Shown: positions 26,497-40,416, counted from the first letter of the stretch. The stretch is DNA of 64,000 nt from Eledone cirrhosa (GCA_964016885.1 OZ024758.1:25358001-25422000); one strand, 5' to 3'. A program made the numbers and translations. The notes: generated by a model from the sequence alone, not told the origin.

Positions 26497-26852
26497 GGAG
26501 GCACATGGCTTAGTGGTTAGAGCATTGGCCTTGCAATCGAAAGGTTGTGAGTTCAATTCTCAGACCGGGTGATGTGTTTCTCAGACCGGGTGATGTGTTG
26601 TTTCCTTGAGCAAGACACTTTATTTCACATTGCTCCAGTTTACTCAGCTGTAGAAATGAGATGATAGGGACTGGGGTCCATATCATTCCACTGCAAAGTG
26701 GTCGTGGAGGTGCCACGGCAAAAAAACACCCAGCACTCACTGTAAATGAGGTTGGTGTTAGGAAGGGCATCCAGCTGTAGAAATCAAGCCAGAATCAGTT
26801 CCCGTCCCACCCTTGCAAGCAGGGAAAAAGGGGACGTAAAATGATGATGATG
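26497..26852 (+). mobile_element. tRNA-derived CORE-type SINE with RTE-derived tail
   Basis: ggaggcacatggcttagtggttagagc...gagttcaattc head; CORE-like ccttgagcaagacact...cagctgtagaaatgag; tail cccacccttgcaagcagggaaaa..ggacgtaaaa(tga)n. Copies at 56817-57164 (minus) and 35178-35393 (5'-truncated). Confidence 0.8.
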
Positions 26853-27286
26853 TTATGAGGTGAGCACTTTTGAGTCTGTTGTATAAGCCTGTATTGGCTA
26901 TAGTTACAAGAGGAGTGTGTGTGTGGTGGGGGAGAACTAAATGGCTGCTCCAGGCAGCACAACACACTCTAGCTATGTTACCTAATTGTAATGTGTACAT
27001 GTCCACAGGAATATCATCATGATTAAGGCACGAAACGAACTTTAAGCAGACATGGTTTAATTTTCAAAGAAGTATGAACAAGTGGGCAAAATGCGGAAGT
27101 GATTTTAAGAGCTCTTAACTTGTTTTTTGTTTGTTATTATTGCTATTAATTTTGAATAAAGCTTTAAACAGGAAATGGTGGGAGTTAAACATAAAACTAC
27201 TGGACATGTACTTATATAGACATTGTAATAAATGTAAAATCTGAAGTTTTGAAATTAAAAAAAAATATGAATGAAGTCTTATAAAA

Positions 27287-27331
<45 letters not shown>

Positions 27332-27574
27332 ATATCATCATCATCGTCATCATCACCATCATCACCACCACCACTTTTCTCTACTTTGTTTCCTACTTCT
27401 TCTCCTCCTCCTCCTTCTCCTCATCATCATAATCTTTAAGTCAGCTTTCTCTTATCATCATCATCATCACCACTTTTCTCTCCTCTTTCCTACCCCCCTC
27501 ACCTCCTCCTCCTCCTCCTATTCCTCATCATCATAATCTTTATCAGCTTTCTCTTATCGTCGTCATCGTTATCA

Positions 27575-30500
27575 CCTCCACCACCACCACCACCACCACT
27601 CTGTTTCTTACTCCACCACCACAACCACCACCACCACCACCACCACTCTGTTTCTTACTCCACCACCACCATCACTCTGTTTCTTACTCCTCCACCACCA
27701 CCTCCACCACCACCACCACCACCACTCTGTTTCTTACTCCTCCACCACCACCACCACTCTGTTTCTTACTCCTCCACCACCACCATCACTCTGTTTCTTA
27801 CTCCACCACCACCACCACCACCACCACCACCATCACTCTGTTTCTTACTCCTCCACCACCACCATCACTCTGTTTCTTACTCCTCCACCACCACCATCAC
27901 TCTGTTTCTTACTCCACCACCACCACCACCACCACCACCACCACCACCACCACTCTGTTTCTTACTCCACCACCACCATCACTCTGTTTCTTACTCCTCC
28001 ACCACCACCTCCACCACCACCACCACCACCACTCTGTTTCTTACTCCTCCACCACCACCACCACTCTGTTTCTTACTCCTCCACCACCACCATCACTCTG
28101 TTTCTTACTCCACCACCACCACCACCACCACCACCACCACCATCACTCTGTTTCTTACTCCTCCACCACCACCATCACTCTGTTTCTTACTCCTCCACCA
28201 CCACCATCACTCTGTTTCTTACTCCACCACCACCACCACCACCACCACCACCACCACCACCACCACCACTCTGTTTCTTACTCCTCCACCACCACCATCA
28301 CTCTGTTTCTTACTCCACCACCACCACTCTGTTTCTTACTCCTCCACCACCACCATCACTCTGTTTCTTACTCCTCCACCACCACCATCACTCTGTTTCT
28401 TACTCCTCCACCACCACCATCACTCTGTTTCTTACTCCTCCACCACCACCATCACTCTGTTTCTTACTCCTCCACCACCACCACCACTCTGTTTCTTACT
28501 CCTCCACCACCACCACCACCATCACTCTGTTTCTTACTCCTCCACCACCACCATCACTCTGTTTCTTACTCCTCCACCACCACCACCACTCTGTTTCTTA
28601 CTCCTCCACCACCACCACCACCACCACCACCACCACCATCACTCTGTTTCTTACTCCTCCACCACCACCATCACTCTGTTTCTTACTCCTCCACCACCAC
28701 CACCACTCTGTTTCTTACTCCTCCACCACCACCATCACTCTGTTTCTTACTCCTCCACCACCACCACCACTCTGTTTCTTACTCCTCCACCACCACCATC
28801 ACTCTGTTTCTTACTCCACCACCACCACCACCACCACCACCACCACCACCACCACCACCACCACCACCACCACCACCATCACTCTGTTTCTTACTCCTCC
28901 ACCACCACCATCACTCTGTTTCTTACTCCTCCACCACCACCATCACTCTGTTTCTTACTCCTCCACCACCACCATCACTCTGTTTCTTACTCCACCACCA
29001 CCACCACCACCACCACCACTCTGTTTCTTACTCCTCCACCACCACCATCACTCTGTTTCTTACTCCACCACCACCACCACCACCACCACCACTCTGTTTC
29101 TTACTCCTCCACCACCACCATCACTGTTTCTTACTCCACCACCACCACCACCACCACCACCACCACTCTGTTTCTTACTCCTCCACCACCACCACCACCA
29201 CCACCACCACCATCACTCTGTTTCTTACTCCTCCACCACCACCACCACTCTGTTTCTTACTCCTCCACCACCACCACCACTCTGTTTCTTACTCCACCAC
29301 CACCACCACCACCACCACCACTCTGTTTCTTACTCCTCCACCACCACCATCACTGTTTCTTACTCCACCACCACCACCACCACCACCACCACCACCACTC
29401 TGTTTCTTACTCCTCCACCACCACCACCACCACCACCACCACCACCACCATCACTCTGTTTCTTACTCCTCCACCACCACCACCACTCTGTTTCTTACTC
29501 CTCCACCACCACCATCACTCTGTTTCTTACTCCACCACCACCACCACCACCACCACCACCACCACCACCACCACCACTCTGTTTCTTACTCCTCCACCAC
29601 CACCATCACTCTGTTTCTTACTCCACCACCACCACCACCACCATCACTCTGTTTCTTACTCCTCCACCACCACCACCACCACCACCACCATCACTCTGTT
29701 TCTTACTCCTCCACCACCACCACCACCACCACCACCACCACTCTGTTTCTTACTCCTCCTCCACCACCACCACCACCACCACCACCACCACTCTGTTTCT
29801 TACTCCTCCACCACCACCACCACCACCACCACCACCACCACCACCACCACTCTGTTTCTTACTCCTCCACCACCACCACCACCACCACCACCACCACCAC
29901 CACTCTGTTTCTTACTCCTCCACCACCACCATCACTCTGTTTCTTACTCCACCACCACCACCACCACCACCACCACTCTGTTTCTTACTCCACCACCACC
30001 ACCACCACTCTGTTTCTTACTCCTCCACCACCACCATCACTCTGTTTCTTACTCCACCACCACCACCACCACTCTGTTTCTTACTCCTCCACCACCACCA
30101 CCACCACTCTGTTTCTTACTCCTCCACCACCACCACCACCACCACCACCACCACTCTGTTTCTTACTCCACCACCACCACCACCACCACCACTCTGTTTC
30201 TTACTCCACCACCACCACCACCACCACCACCACCACTCTGTTTCTTACTCCTCCACCACCACCACCACCACCACCACTCTGTTTCTTACTCCACCACCAC
30301 CACCACCACCACCACCACTCTGTTTCTTACTCCTCCACCACCACCACCACCACCACCACCACCATTCTGTTTCTTACACCTCCTCCACCACAACCACCAC
30401 TGTTTCTTACTCCTCCTCCACCACCACCACCACCACTGTTTCTTACTCCTCCTCCACCACCACCACTCTGTTTCTTACTCCACCACCTCCACCACCACCA

Positions 30501-31660
30501 CCACTCTGTTTCTTACTCCTCCACCACCACCACCACCACCACCACCACCACTCTGTTTCTTACTCCACCACCACCACCACCACCACCACTCTGTTTCTTA
30601 CTCCACCACCACCACCACCACCACTCTGTTTCTTACTCCTCCACCACCACCACCACCACCACTCTGTTTCTTACTCCACCACCACCACCACCACCACCAC
30701 CACTCTGTTTCTTACTCCTCCACCTCCACCACCACCACCACCACCACCATTCTGTTTCTTACACCTCCTCCACCACAACCACCACTGTTTCTTACACCTC
30801 CTCCACCACAACCACCACTGTTTCTTACTCCTCCTCCACCACCACCACCACTGTTTCTTACTCCTCCTCCACCACCACCACTCTGTTTCTTACTCCTCCT
30901 CCACCACCACCACTATGTTTCTTACTCCTCCACCACCACCACCACCACCATTCTGTTTCTTACACCTCCTCCACCACAACCACCACTGTTTCTTACACCT
31001 CCTCCACCACCACCACCACTGTTTCTTACTCCTCCTCCACCACAACCACCACTGTTTCTTACTCCTCCTCCACCACCACCACTATGTTTCTTACTCCTCC
31101 ACCACCACCACCACCACCACTCTGTTTCTTACTCCACCACCACCACCACCACCACCACTCTGTTTCTTACTCCTCCACCACCACCACTATGTTTCTTACT
31201 CCTCCACCTCCACCACCTCCACCACCACCACCATTCTGTTTCTTACACCTCCTCCACCACAACCACCACTGTTTCTTACTCCTCCACCACCACCACTATG
31301 TTTCTTACTCCTCCTCCACCACCACCACCACCACTCTGTTTCTTACTCCACCACCACCACCACCACCACCACCACCACCACTCTGTTTCTTACTCCTCCA
31401 CCACCACCACCACCACCACCACCACCATTCTGTTTCTTACACCTCCTCCACCACAACCACCACTGTTTCTTACTCCTCCTCCACCACCACCACCACTGTT
31501 TCTTACTCCTCCTCCACCACCACCACTATGTTTCTTACTCCTCCACCACCACCACCACCACTATGTTTCTTACTCCTCCACCACCACAACCACCACTGTT
31601 TCTTACTCCTCCTCCACCACCACCACCACTGTTTCTTACTCCTCCACCACCACCACCCCA
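27575..31660. repeat. 4-kb compound satellite: constant ctctgtttcttactc alternating with variable (cca)n
   Basis: More than 100 units visible. Confidence 0.95.
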
Positions 31661-33027
31661 CCATCTCCTCCCCTTCCACCTCCTATTCCTTTTCCTCATC
31701 ATCATCATCTTTGTCAGCTTTTCATGCTGGCATTGGTTGAACAGTTTGTTGTGTTTTGAGACTATGCTGGTCAGGTGACTACATCTTGGTCGCACATTCC
31801 ATATTTGGTATGGTTTCTATGGCTGTATGTCCTTCCTGATAATACCCTCCACCTTACAGAGTGTACTGGGAGTGTTTTTTTTTTTGTTTTGTGGAACTAG
31901 TACTACTATTTTAGCCACCCACCCAACATTTCAATACACTCAAGCTATGAGCCCCTGCCCCACCCCCACCACAGTCTAAGGACTGAACCTTGGACTTCTA
32001 CCTGCATATTAATCCTTTAGCATTTACATTAGGCACCTCTTAATCAAATATACACCCCCATCCCAATACCCCAACTCCTCACCCCCATCAACACCACGCC
32101 TTTCTCTATAAAGTTATGTTGGTACCACAACATCCAGTCCTAAATAAATGAGGTCGTGTAGGTGTCACGACAAAAAAACAACAACACACAGTCCACGCTG
32201 TAATGTGGCCATGTAGGTAACACAGTAAAAAGCTCCCAGTCCACACTGTACATGTGGTTGGTGTTAGGAAGGGCATCCAGCCGTAGAAAACCCGCCAGAC
32301 AGTCCTATATGAGTGAGACACGGTTACCCGACCAATTTTACCTCAAGTGGGACAATTCCCGTCTAAACCCATGCTAGCGTGGAAGGTAGACGTTAAACGA
32401 TGATGATGATTACTCTATATTTACTATTGTATTTTTATGGTAAAGGCTTTATCTTACATAATTATCTCACATAATATTGAGTCTATGAGATTTTTATGTT
32501 ATCTTTTTAGAAAAAAATACCATTAAGATCTCTATGAGCGGTCGGTTATGGCCAGTTTGAACAGAAACAGGTGAGAGAATTCTGGCTGGATATGGCCGGT
32601 TTAAATGCTAAAGGGTTAAACTTGTCATTGTACTCATTGTACTTAACTAGCTGGTCATATCTCTGTATATAACTTGTACAGCCCTCACAAACCATTCCTT
32701 CACACCAAGCTTCCTTGTAGTCCTTGTTTACAAATTACTATTTTAGAGTTTTGGAAATGATTTAGTGATTATCAGTGAAGGATTGATAATTTCCTTCATA
32801 CCATAAAAATTATATTATTTAGAAAATATATTGTATAAAGGAAAGTATATATCTAAACACTTGCACTTTAAAACAGTCTAATAAGGACTTATCAAAATAT
32901 TAATTCCATGTCATCATATTTGATATTATGAGTACCCACTATATATATATGTGTGTATGTGTGTGCGTGTGTGTGTGTAAACATATACACATGCACACAC
33001 ATTTAAAGTAATCATAAAGCCAAAAAC

Positions 33028-33062
<35 letters not shown>

Positions 33063-33409
33063 ATAGTACTGTATATTTTTTCTATTAATTGCTGGATATT
33101 GCAACTTCAAGTTTCACTGCTATATAGCATGCAAGTTGTATGGTGCTACCCTTTTAAAATTGATTTTTGTCTAGTGGAAAGGTCCTTGCCCAAGGCCTTC
33201 GCAAACCATTCAAAACTGTTAAGCAGATAAATTCAGTAAAAACTTAACAAAGCTATTTAACAAGTTGGACCTAAAAATTACAGTATCAACATTAAAATAG
33301 TCAATTTTTTAGAGGTAACATTTAACCATATCATTGAAAAGCCCTGCAATACATTAAACCAAATCTATAGAATAATGCACTCACATTTAGTGATTTTAAA
33401 GAAGACATT

Positions 33410-33850
33410 AAAAATGAGAGAGTCACTCCAGGTAGAGCCGTTATTTCTCTGAAATGAGAGGTCACAGCTCCAATACAATGGGCATGTGGTTAGAATGTCT
33501 CAGGAGAGAATCACTGGATAGATTTGTAGGTTGGAGATCAGAGATTCACTCCAGGTAGAGCCGCTACTTCTCTGAATTGAGAGATCACAGCTCTGATACA
33601 ATGGACATGTGGTTAGAATGTCTCAGGAAAGAATCACTCACTGGACATATTTTACAGGCAAAACCAACTGACAGGAGAGCCAGGGGTAAACCCCGAGCAA
33701 GATGGTTGGATAACATTCATGAGCTTGGCTGGTCATGCTTGGGGATCCAGCCAGATCAGTTGGACACAGGTACTTCTGACAGGACTTCCTAGAAGGTGTG
33801 TTTGAGGACTCTACTCTCACGAACTTCCCAGATATAAGTTGGTAAAGAAG
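33410..33850 (+). mobile_element. Degenerate RTE LINE 3' fragment with an internal duplication
   Basis: ILQAKPTDRRARGKPRARWLDNI. Overlaps the end of the 2960-3440 family (ggagatcaag.ag.cactccag). Confidence 0.7.
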
Positions 33851-36088
33851 ACATTAAATATCATAAGCACACTATTTACTATGAAGTGTTGAAAAATGTT
33901 TTCCATACTTCTATCACCTAGTCACTAGCACAATTTCACAGAAGTGTTAAAGTTTTGTGACACAGTAGTCAATACTATTAAAGAAAACTAAAACTAAAGT
34001 GAATGTAGCAGTTTTTATGTAGTCTAAGATGGCTAAAATGGTGTTGCACAAAGGGAATATGCAAGAAATTGGTAATATACCTTCAAATTAACTGCAATTG
34101 GAAACCCATCAAAGACATTTCAAGCCATCACATTGAGCCATAATGCATCAGTGTATTTGTCCCAGCATAGTTTTCATTGATGATCTGGTCAATATTTGTG
34201 ACACTAAGCTTGTGTGACATCTGTGTGGTTTATACAAGCAAATTTGGCAGCAGCTAGTTTAAAAAGAGACCTTATCAGGGTTAAAGCTGAAGAAGACAAT
34301 TGAGGTGGGGGGTTTATCTAGAGAAAGAAGCCCATCAAATTTATATTACCCTTTGGAAATTGGGGGCTACCAATGAAAAGGAAGCTTGAGATTTTAGGCA
34401 TAATCATAGACAGTAGGCTTATGTAGACAGAACATATATTCACAATAGTGCAATAGATGTGTGGGGTGGTACAATATATTGCAAGGAAGTTTAACAAAGA
34501 AGGAAAAGCTGCCCTTTACCAAGCCCTAGATCTGATCTGAAGCATGTGGGAGTACTTCTGGCTCTGCTGGATAAATCTCACAAAGCCTTTAGTATTTACA
34601 TTACTCGACATTTACTATTGTATTGTCACAGTAAAGGCTTTACCTCACATAATTATTTCACATAATATCGAAGCTATGAGATTTTGATATTATTTATTTT
34701 GAGAACTGTTGTGGATTGGCAGTATCGGCAGAGAGTCGGACACCATGCTTTGCAGCATGGAGTTAAGGCCCTTTATGATCCGAGTTCAAATCCCGCTGAG
34801 GTTAACTTTGCCTTTCATCCTTACGGGGGTCGATAAAATAAAGTACTAGTAATGCACTGGGGTAATTGCTGGCCTTGTGCCAAAAGTAGAAACAGTTATT
34901 TATTTTGAGAACAATACCTTAACATAAGTATGAGTGGCCAGTTACAGCCGGTTTGAACAGAAAGAAGTGAAAGAATTCTGGCTGGATACGGCTGGTTTAT
35001 CCACCAAGACTATAGCTGTTTGCTTTATCCATAAAGAGTCTAGTTGAAATATATATATAACGCGTGTGCATGTATGTGTGTGTGTGTGTGTGCATGTGTA
35101 TGTGCACGCATTTGTGTGTGTTTGCATGTGTGTGTGTATGTCTGTTTGCATGTATGTGTGTGGGTATGTGAATATATTACTCAGCTGTAGAAATGAGATG
35201 ATAGGGACTGGGGACCCTATCATTCCACTGCAAAGTGGTCGTGGAGGTGCCACGGAAAAAAAAGGCACCCAACACTCACTGTAAATGAGGTTGGTGTTAG
35301 GAAGGGCATCCAGCTGTAGAAATCAAGCCAGAATCAGTTCCCGTCCCACCCTTCTAAGCAGGGAAAAGCGGACGTAAAATGAAATGATGATGATAAAATG
35401 ATTCTAAGGAGATGACTTTTCAAGATTTTATTTGGATGGAATTTAGCAGCTATAAATTTGTAAATTTGAGTGCAAAGTCATTAATAAAATTCAGAATGTT
35501 GGTGAATTAATGTATTTGTACTTAAAGTAGTTGAAAGATATCAATAATTAAACAAGTAGAATTATTAATATAAAGTGGGGTGTGCTCGTGTGTGGAGTTG
35601 CTATAAATTAGATTATAAAATAGGATAAAGACCCTTAACACTTTAGCATTTACATTACTCTATATTTGGCTTTACCTCAGATAATTATCTCACATAATAT
35701 CGAATCTATGAGATTTTGATAATATTTTTGAGAACAATACCTTAACATCAGTATGAGTTGCCATTTACAGCTGGTTTGAACAGAAAGAGGTGAGAGAATT
35801 CTGACCATATCCAGCCAGAATTCTCTCACGTCTTTCTGTTCAATCTGGCCATAACTAGCCACTCATACTGATGTATTGTACTCAAAATAATATCAAAATC
35901 TCACAGATTCGATATTATGTGAGGTAATTATGTAAGATAAAGCCTTTACTGGGAAAATACAATAGTAAATATAGAGTAATGTAAATGCTAAAGGGTTAAA
36001 GGTGGAAAATGAAGTTGCCATCGTCCATGAGAGATATGTGGTTTGTTTCCTTGTAGTAGCTAGTGGTAACTTCTTTTTCTGTTTTTAA

Positions 36089-36309
36089 CCCTTAAGCATT
36101 CACATTACTCTATATATACTATTATATTTTCATGGTAAAGGCTTTACCTCGCATAATTATCTCACATAATATCGAATCTATGAGATTTTGAAAGTATTTA
36201 TTTTGAGAACAATACCCTAACATCAGTTTGAGTGACCAGTTACAGCCAGTTTCAACAGAAAGAGGTAGAGAATTCTGGCCAGTTTTTGGCTGGTTTGAAC
36301 ACTAAAGGG
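36089..36309 (+). mobile_element. piggyBac-type MITE (TTAA|CCC...GGG|TTAA), representative copy
   Basis: TIR consensus ccctttagcattta/taaatgctaaaggg with TTAA flanks. Copies at about 32410-32620, 34585-35000 (SINE-interrupted), 35639-35995, 37344-37541, 37767-37983, 51970-52470 (minus) and 54385-54575. Confidence 0.8.
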
Positions 36310-36628
36310 TTAAGGGTCTTCACCGCAGTAGCGCCCACTTTGAGAACCTCTGCTCTATAATATGTTTATTATGGGTTTTGTCTGTTACTACCTACAGAAA
36401 TGATCTGTGAATGAAAAATATAAAACTATAAATCTTTTCAATGCTTCAAGAGGCTCATACAGGTGAATTTTTATCTCCAGTTTCAAGATGTTAAGGAAAC
36501 GTGAGCTAAATCTAACCTGTTTAGGATGCTAGTCTATCTCTTTTAATATCGTCAGATACTCAGGTATCTATTTTCAACAGCTAGGTGACTGAAAGCACAT
36601 GGAATATCTGCAGAGGATTTGAATGACC

Positions 36629-36980
36629 TCGTCTCTCTTGGTTGTCCATCGTGAACGATGATGACATCTTCTTTATTTCAGTGCCCGTCTGGCGTGGGCA
36701 CGAAGGTGGCTGTGGAGGCCGATCCTTGACTTGCAGGTCTGGGGATCACCTGTTACCTCCGCCTCTCGCCCATCGCCGCAGGGCTTTAGGAGTGCACGCT
36801 AAGGAAGAAACCTGTGCGGGAAAGGTTTATAGTGGGAGGGCCAGTGCACAGTGACGGTCCCACTCACTCGGCCGCAGAAGCCAGAATCCGGTGGTACGGA
36901 GGACCGTCACGACCAGGGACTTCCTTGGCTGCAGTGGATGGCCACGACGTCTGTAGTGACCTGGTGGAGCAATACCATAT
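36629..36980 (-). mobile_element. Internally deleted (bipartite) RTE-derived element
   Basis: The minus strand ends with TCKSRIGLHSHLRAHARRALK* (RTE C-terminal zinc-finger motif) and a short 3' UTR, fused directly to a GC-rich structured segment of about 240 bp. Confidence 0.65.
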
Positions 36981-38230
36981 CCACGTGGTCATTTTTATTC
37001 TACACCACGTGAGCTGTAATTCTCCATAAGTATTTACAGCTAGATAAAGAATTAAGAATACAGTATCTTAACTTAGAACATTCCAGATATTTATGATAAG
37101 TTATATATTTTTGCCCAAATGCCAACAAGATGGCAATGACATTCTTGTGACTTGGCCAACTGTAGCTTTTATATGTGAGCAGAGATACTCATTCATTACA
37201 AATTACAGATAAAATACACTATTTTGAATTAATCAATAACGAATTTGGAAGAAATTACTGAAATTATTTCAGTTTTTAAGATGTTATTTGTAACATATCA
37301 AAAAGGTTTTTATTTAAAATTATGTTGGAATATTTTAATTTAACCCTTTAACATTTGCATTACTGTATATTTACTATTGTATTTTCACGGTAAAGGCTTT
37401 ACCTCACATGCTACAGAATCTATGAGATTTTGATATTATTTATTTTGAGAACAAAACCTTAACATCAGTATGAGCAGCCGGTTATAGCCAGTTTGAAGAG
37501 AAAGAGGTGAGAGAATTCTGGCCGGTTTAAATGCTAAAGGATTAAATAAGAACCCTCTAAATGGATAGTTTTGTTTTATAGAACCAGATGTGGTTTTAGG
37601 CAGGTTTGTATCAAAAGGGTTAATTATAAGGAGCTGACTCTCCCTTCTAATTGTTATAAATAACAATTTATATTGGAACTACTTAGAATTGAATTGTCTT
37701 CATAACTTTGAGAACAGTTCTATTCTATAACTGCTTCCAAGTGCTGTAAATTTTAACCTTTGTTAACCCTTTACCATTTACATTACTCTATATATACTAT
37801 TGTATTTTTGTGGTAAAGGCTTTATCTCACATATTTCACATAATATCGAATCTATGAGATTTTGATGTTATTTATTTTGAGAACAATACCTTAACATCAG
37901 TATGAGCAGCTAGTTACAGCTGGTTTGAACAGAAAGAGGTGAGAGAATTCTGGCCGGATATGGCCGGTTTAAATGTTAAAGAATTAAACACTTTCACTGA
38001 AATGTTGATTTTTGTTTGTTCACTGACAATATAAATGTTAAAAACCAAAACAGAAAACATTGTTTTGAAATTCTTACAAAATATTTATTATAGGTAAAAT
38101 ACTTGGGCATGACCTAGGGGGGTACTAGCTTGAATGTTGCTGTACTAATACAGAAATACAGAGAAAGCTGCTGATGATGCATCAATAATTAATCAATTAT
38201 TTTTATATTAGTTGTTTTGAAGAGCAAGGA

Positions 38231-39030
38231 TAACCCTAACCCTAACCCTAACCCTAACCCTAACCCTAACCCTAACCCCAACCCTAACCCTAACACCAAC
38301 CCTAACCCTAACCCTAACCCTAACCCCAACCCTAACACCAACCCTAACCCTAACCCTAACCCTAACCCTAACCCTAACCCTAACACCAACCCTAACCCTA
38401 ACCCTAACCCTAACCCTAACCCTAACCCTAACCCCAACCCTAACACCAACCCTAACCCTAACCCTAACCCTAACCCTAACCCTAACCCTAACCCCAACCC
38501 TAACACCAACCCTAACCCTAACCCTAACCCTAACCCTAACCCTAACCCTAACCCTAACCCCAACCCTAACACCAACCCCAACACCAACCCCAACCCTAAC
38601 CCTAACCCTAACCCCAACCCTAACCCTAACACCAACCCCAACCCTAACACCAACCCTAACCCCAACCCTAACCCTAACACCAACCCCAACCCTAACACCA
38701 ACCCTAACCCCAACCCTAACCCTAACACCAACCCCAACCCTAACACCAACCCTAACCCTAACCCTAACCCCAACCCTAACCCTAACACCAACCCCAACCC
38801 TAACCCCAACCCTAACCCTAACCCTAACCCCAACCCTAACCCTAACACCAACCCCAACCCTAACACCAACCCTAACCCTAACCCTAACCCCAACCCTAAC
38901 CCTAACACCAACCCCAACCCTAACACCAACCCTAACCCCAACCCTAACCCCAACCCTAACCCTAACCCCAACCCTAACCCTAACCTCAACCCTAACCCTA
39001 ACCCCAACCCCAACCCTAACCCCAACCCTA
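38231..39030 (-). repeat. Interstitial telomeric array (TTAGGG)n with TTGGGG and TTGGTG variants
   Basis: About 133 in-register hexamers ccctaa/ccccaa/caccaa. Confidence 0.95.
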
Positions 39031-39221
39031 TAGAATCCCCATTGTTTTGGAAGACTCATAGACTAGGATTTTTGTTGTTGTTGTTGTTGTTGTTACTGTT
39101 TAGCGAGAGAGGAAAGGTAGTGACCAGAAGACTTTTGTGGTCTTCACAACTGGAAAGTATAAGGAACATACTCCCAAACTGGAGACCTGATTCAATTGTT
39201 TGTAATGGATTAGTCTCTGCT

Positions 39222-39492
39222 AAGGTGCGTGGCCTAGTGGTAAGGGTGTTGGACTTACAATCATGATGTCATGGGTTCTATTCCTGGGCTGGGTTGCATG
39301 TTGTGTTCTTGAGCAAAACACTTCATTTCACGTTGCTCCAGTATACTCAGCTGAAAATGAGTAGGTGGGGGTTTAACTCTGTGATAGACTGGCATCCTGT
39401 TCAGGTGGGAGTCTTGTACTCTCAGTTACTTCACACCATGAAACTGAGATAAGCACCGACCTAACGAGCCATCTAGCTTAAGACAGACTTTA
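39222..39492 (+). mobile_element. CORE-type SINE, second subfamily with a different tail
   Basis: ggtgcgtggcctagtggtaagggtgttggac head and ttcttgagcaaaacacttcatttcacgttgctccag core. Related pieces at 52480-52683 (minus), 22920-23040 and 19635-19715. Confidence 0.7.
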
Positions 39493-40416
39493 GACTTGAA
39501 CTTTTTAGAAGGTTGTCCAAGGGTCAGGTGACAGTGTTTAACTGGGTGACAGTATATGTCTCTCACTCAAGTAGATCACTGTGAGATTTGAACACAGAAT
39601 GCAAGGAGTTTGGAAGAAATATCACAAGGCACTTTCTTTGATTCTTTAACAAATCCATCAATACACTATTCTGAACTGGCATTTTTATTTTATTGACCCC
39701 CAAAAGAACAAGCAGCATAGTTGATATTAATGAGATTTGAACCCAGAACACAGAAAGCTGTATAGGGCTTATATGTCAGCTGGTTGTTTGCCTTTATTTT
39801 GGTTAGGTTCAACTTTACTATTGACTAGTTAACCAAGTTTGAGCTCAAGCTTCTCTTGAAATAAAAAAAAATGAAGTAGTCTACATATAAAAAAAAAGTA
39901 TATGGTATCCATTTAGAAGAATTTGCTGCAATACTTAAAGTTGCATAAAATATTTTTTAATTTTTATATAAATATAATTTCATTACAAATATATTGCCAA
40001 CTCACCAAAATGTTATCAGTTACCCACACTTCTAAAAGTAAAGAAGAAAAAAAGAAAAGAAAAACATTATCTTATCAATTAAGGTATAGATTTCCTGAAA
40101 GGTTAAAGAATTCTTTGACTCTCATTACTTTCCAGTTCGAGCCTTATTCCTAAAATAGATCCATCCCTTATCACCAGAAACCAGACTTACCAAAAGCTAA
40201 TCGCTGAACTGATTATAAGGAAAACGTTTTACTCTTGTTTCTTTTATCTGTCTCCTTTGGAAAAGTTAATTTTAAAAATTTGTGTTATATAAATACTAAT
40301 ATAAGTATTATTTATCTAAAGGGATTAGAGTTTTATGTGAATTTTAGCCTAGCACAGCATTATAAAGTATAATGAAGCCAAATATCTACAATTATTGTGA
40401 GGATGGTGGGGCACGC

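Noticed and set aside
26497-26575. tRNA-like sequences at SINE heads (also 39222, 21255, 11877)
   Set aside because: A/B boxes are present but there is no complete cloverleaf or acceptor stem. Those at 26497 and 39222 continue into SINE bodies; the others look like isolated head remnants.
27575-31778. CRISPR-like repeat/spacer look and His/Pro/Thr-rich ORFs
   Set aside because: The spacers are (cca)n slippage tracts, not unique sequence, and there is no splice or domain evidence.
38171-38190. Isolated CTGATGA / CTGAAGA words (also 19708, 34287)
   Set aside because: No stem II, GAAA or stem I complement follows, unlike the accepted hammerhead motifs.
38189-39266. NP-, GL- and VR-repeat ORFs
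   Set aside because: Translations of telomeric hexamers.
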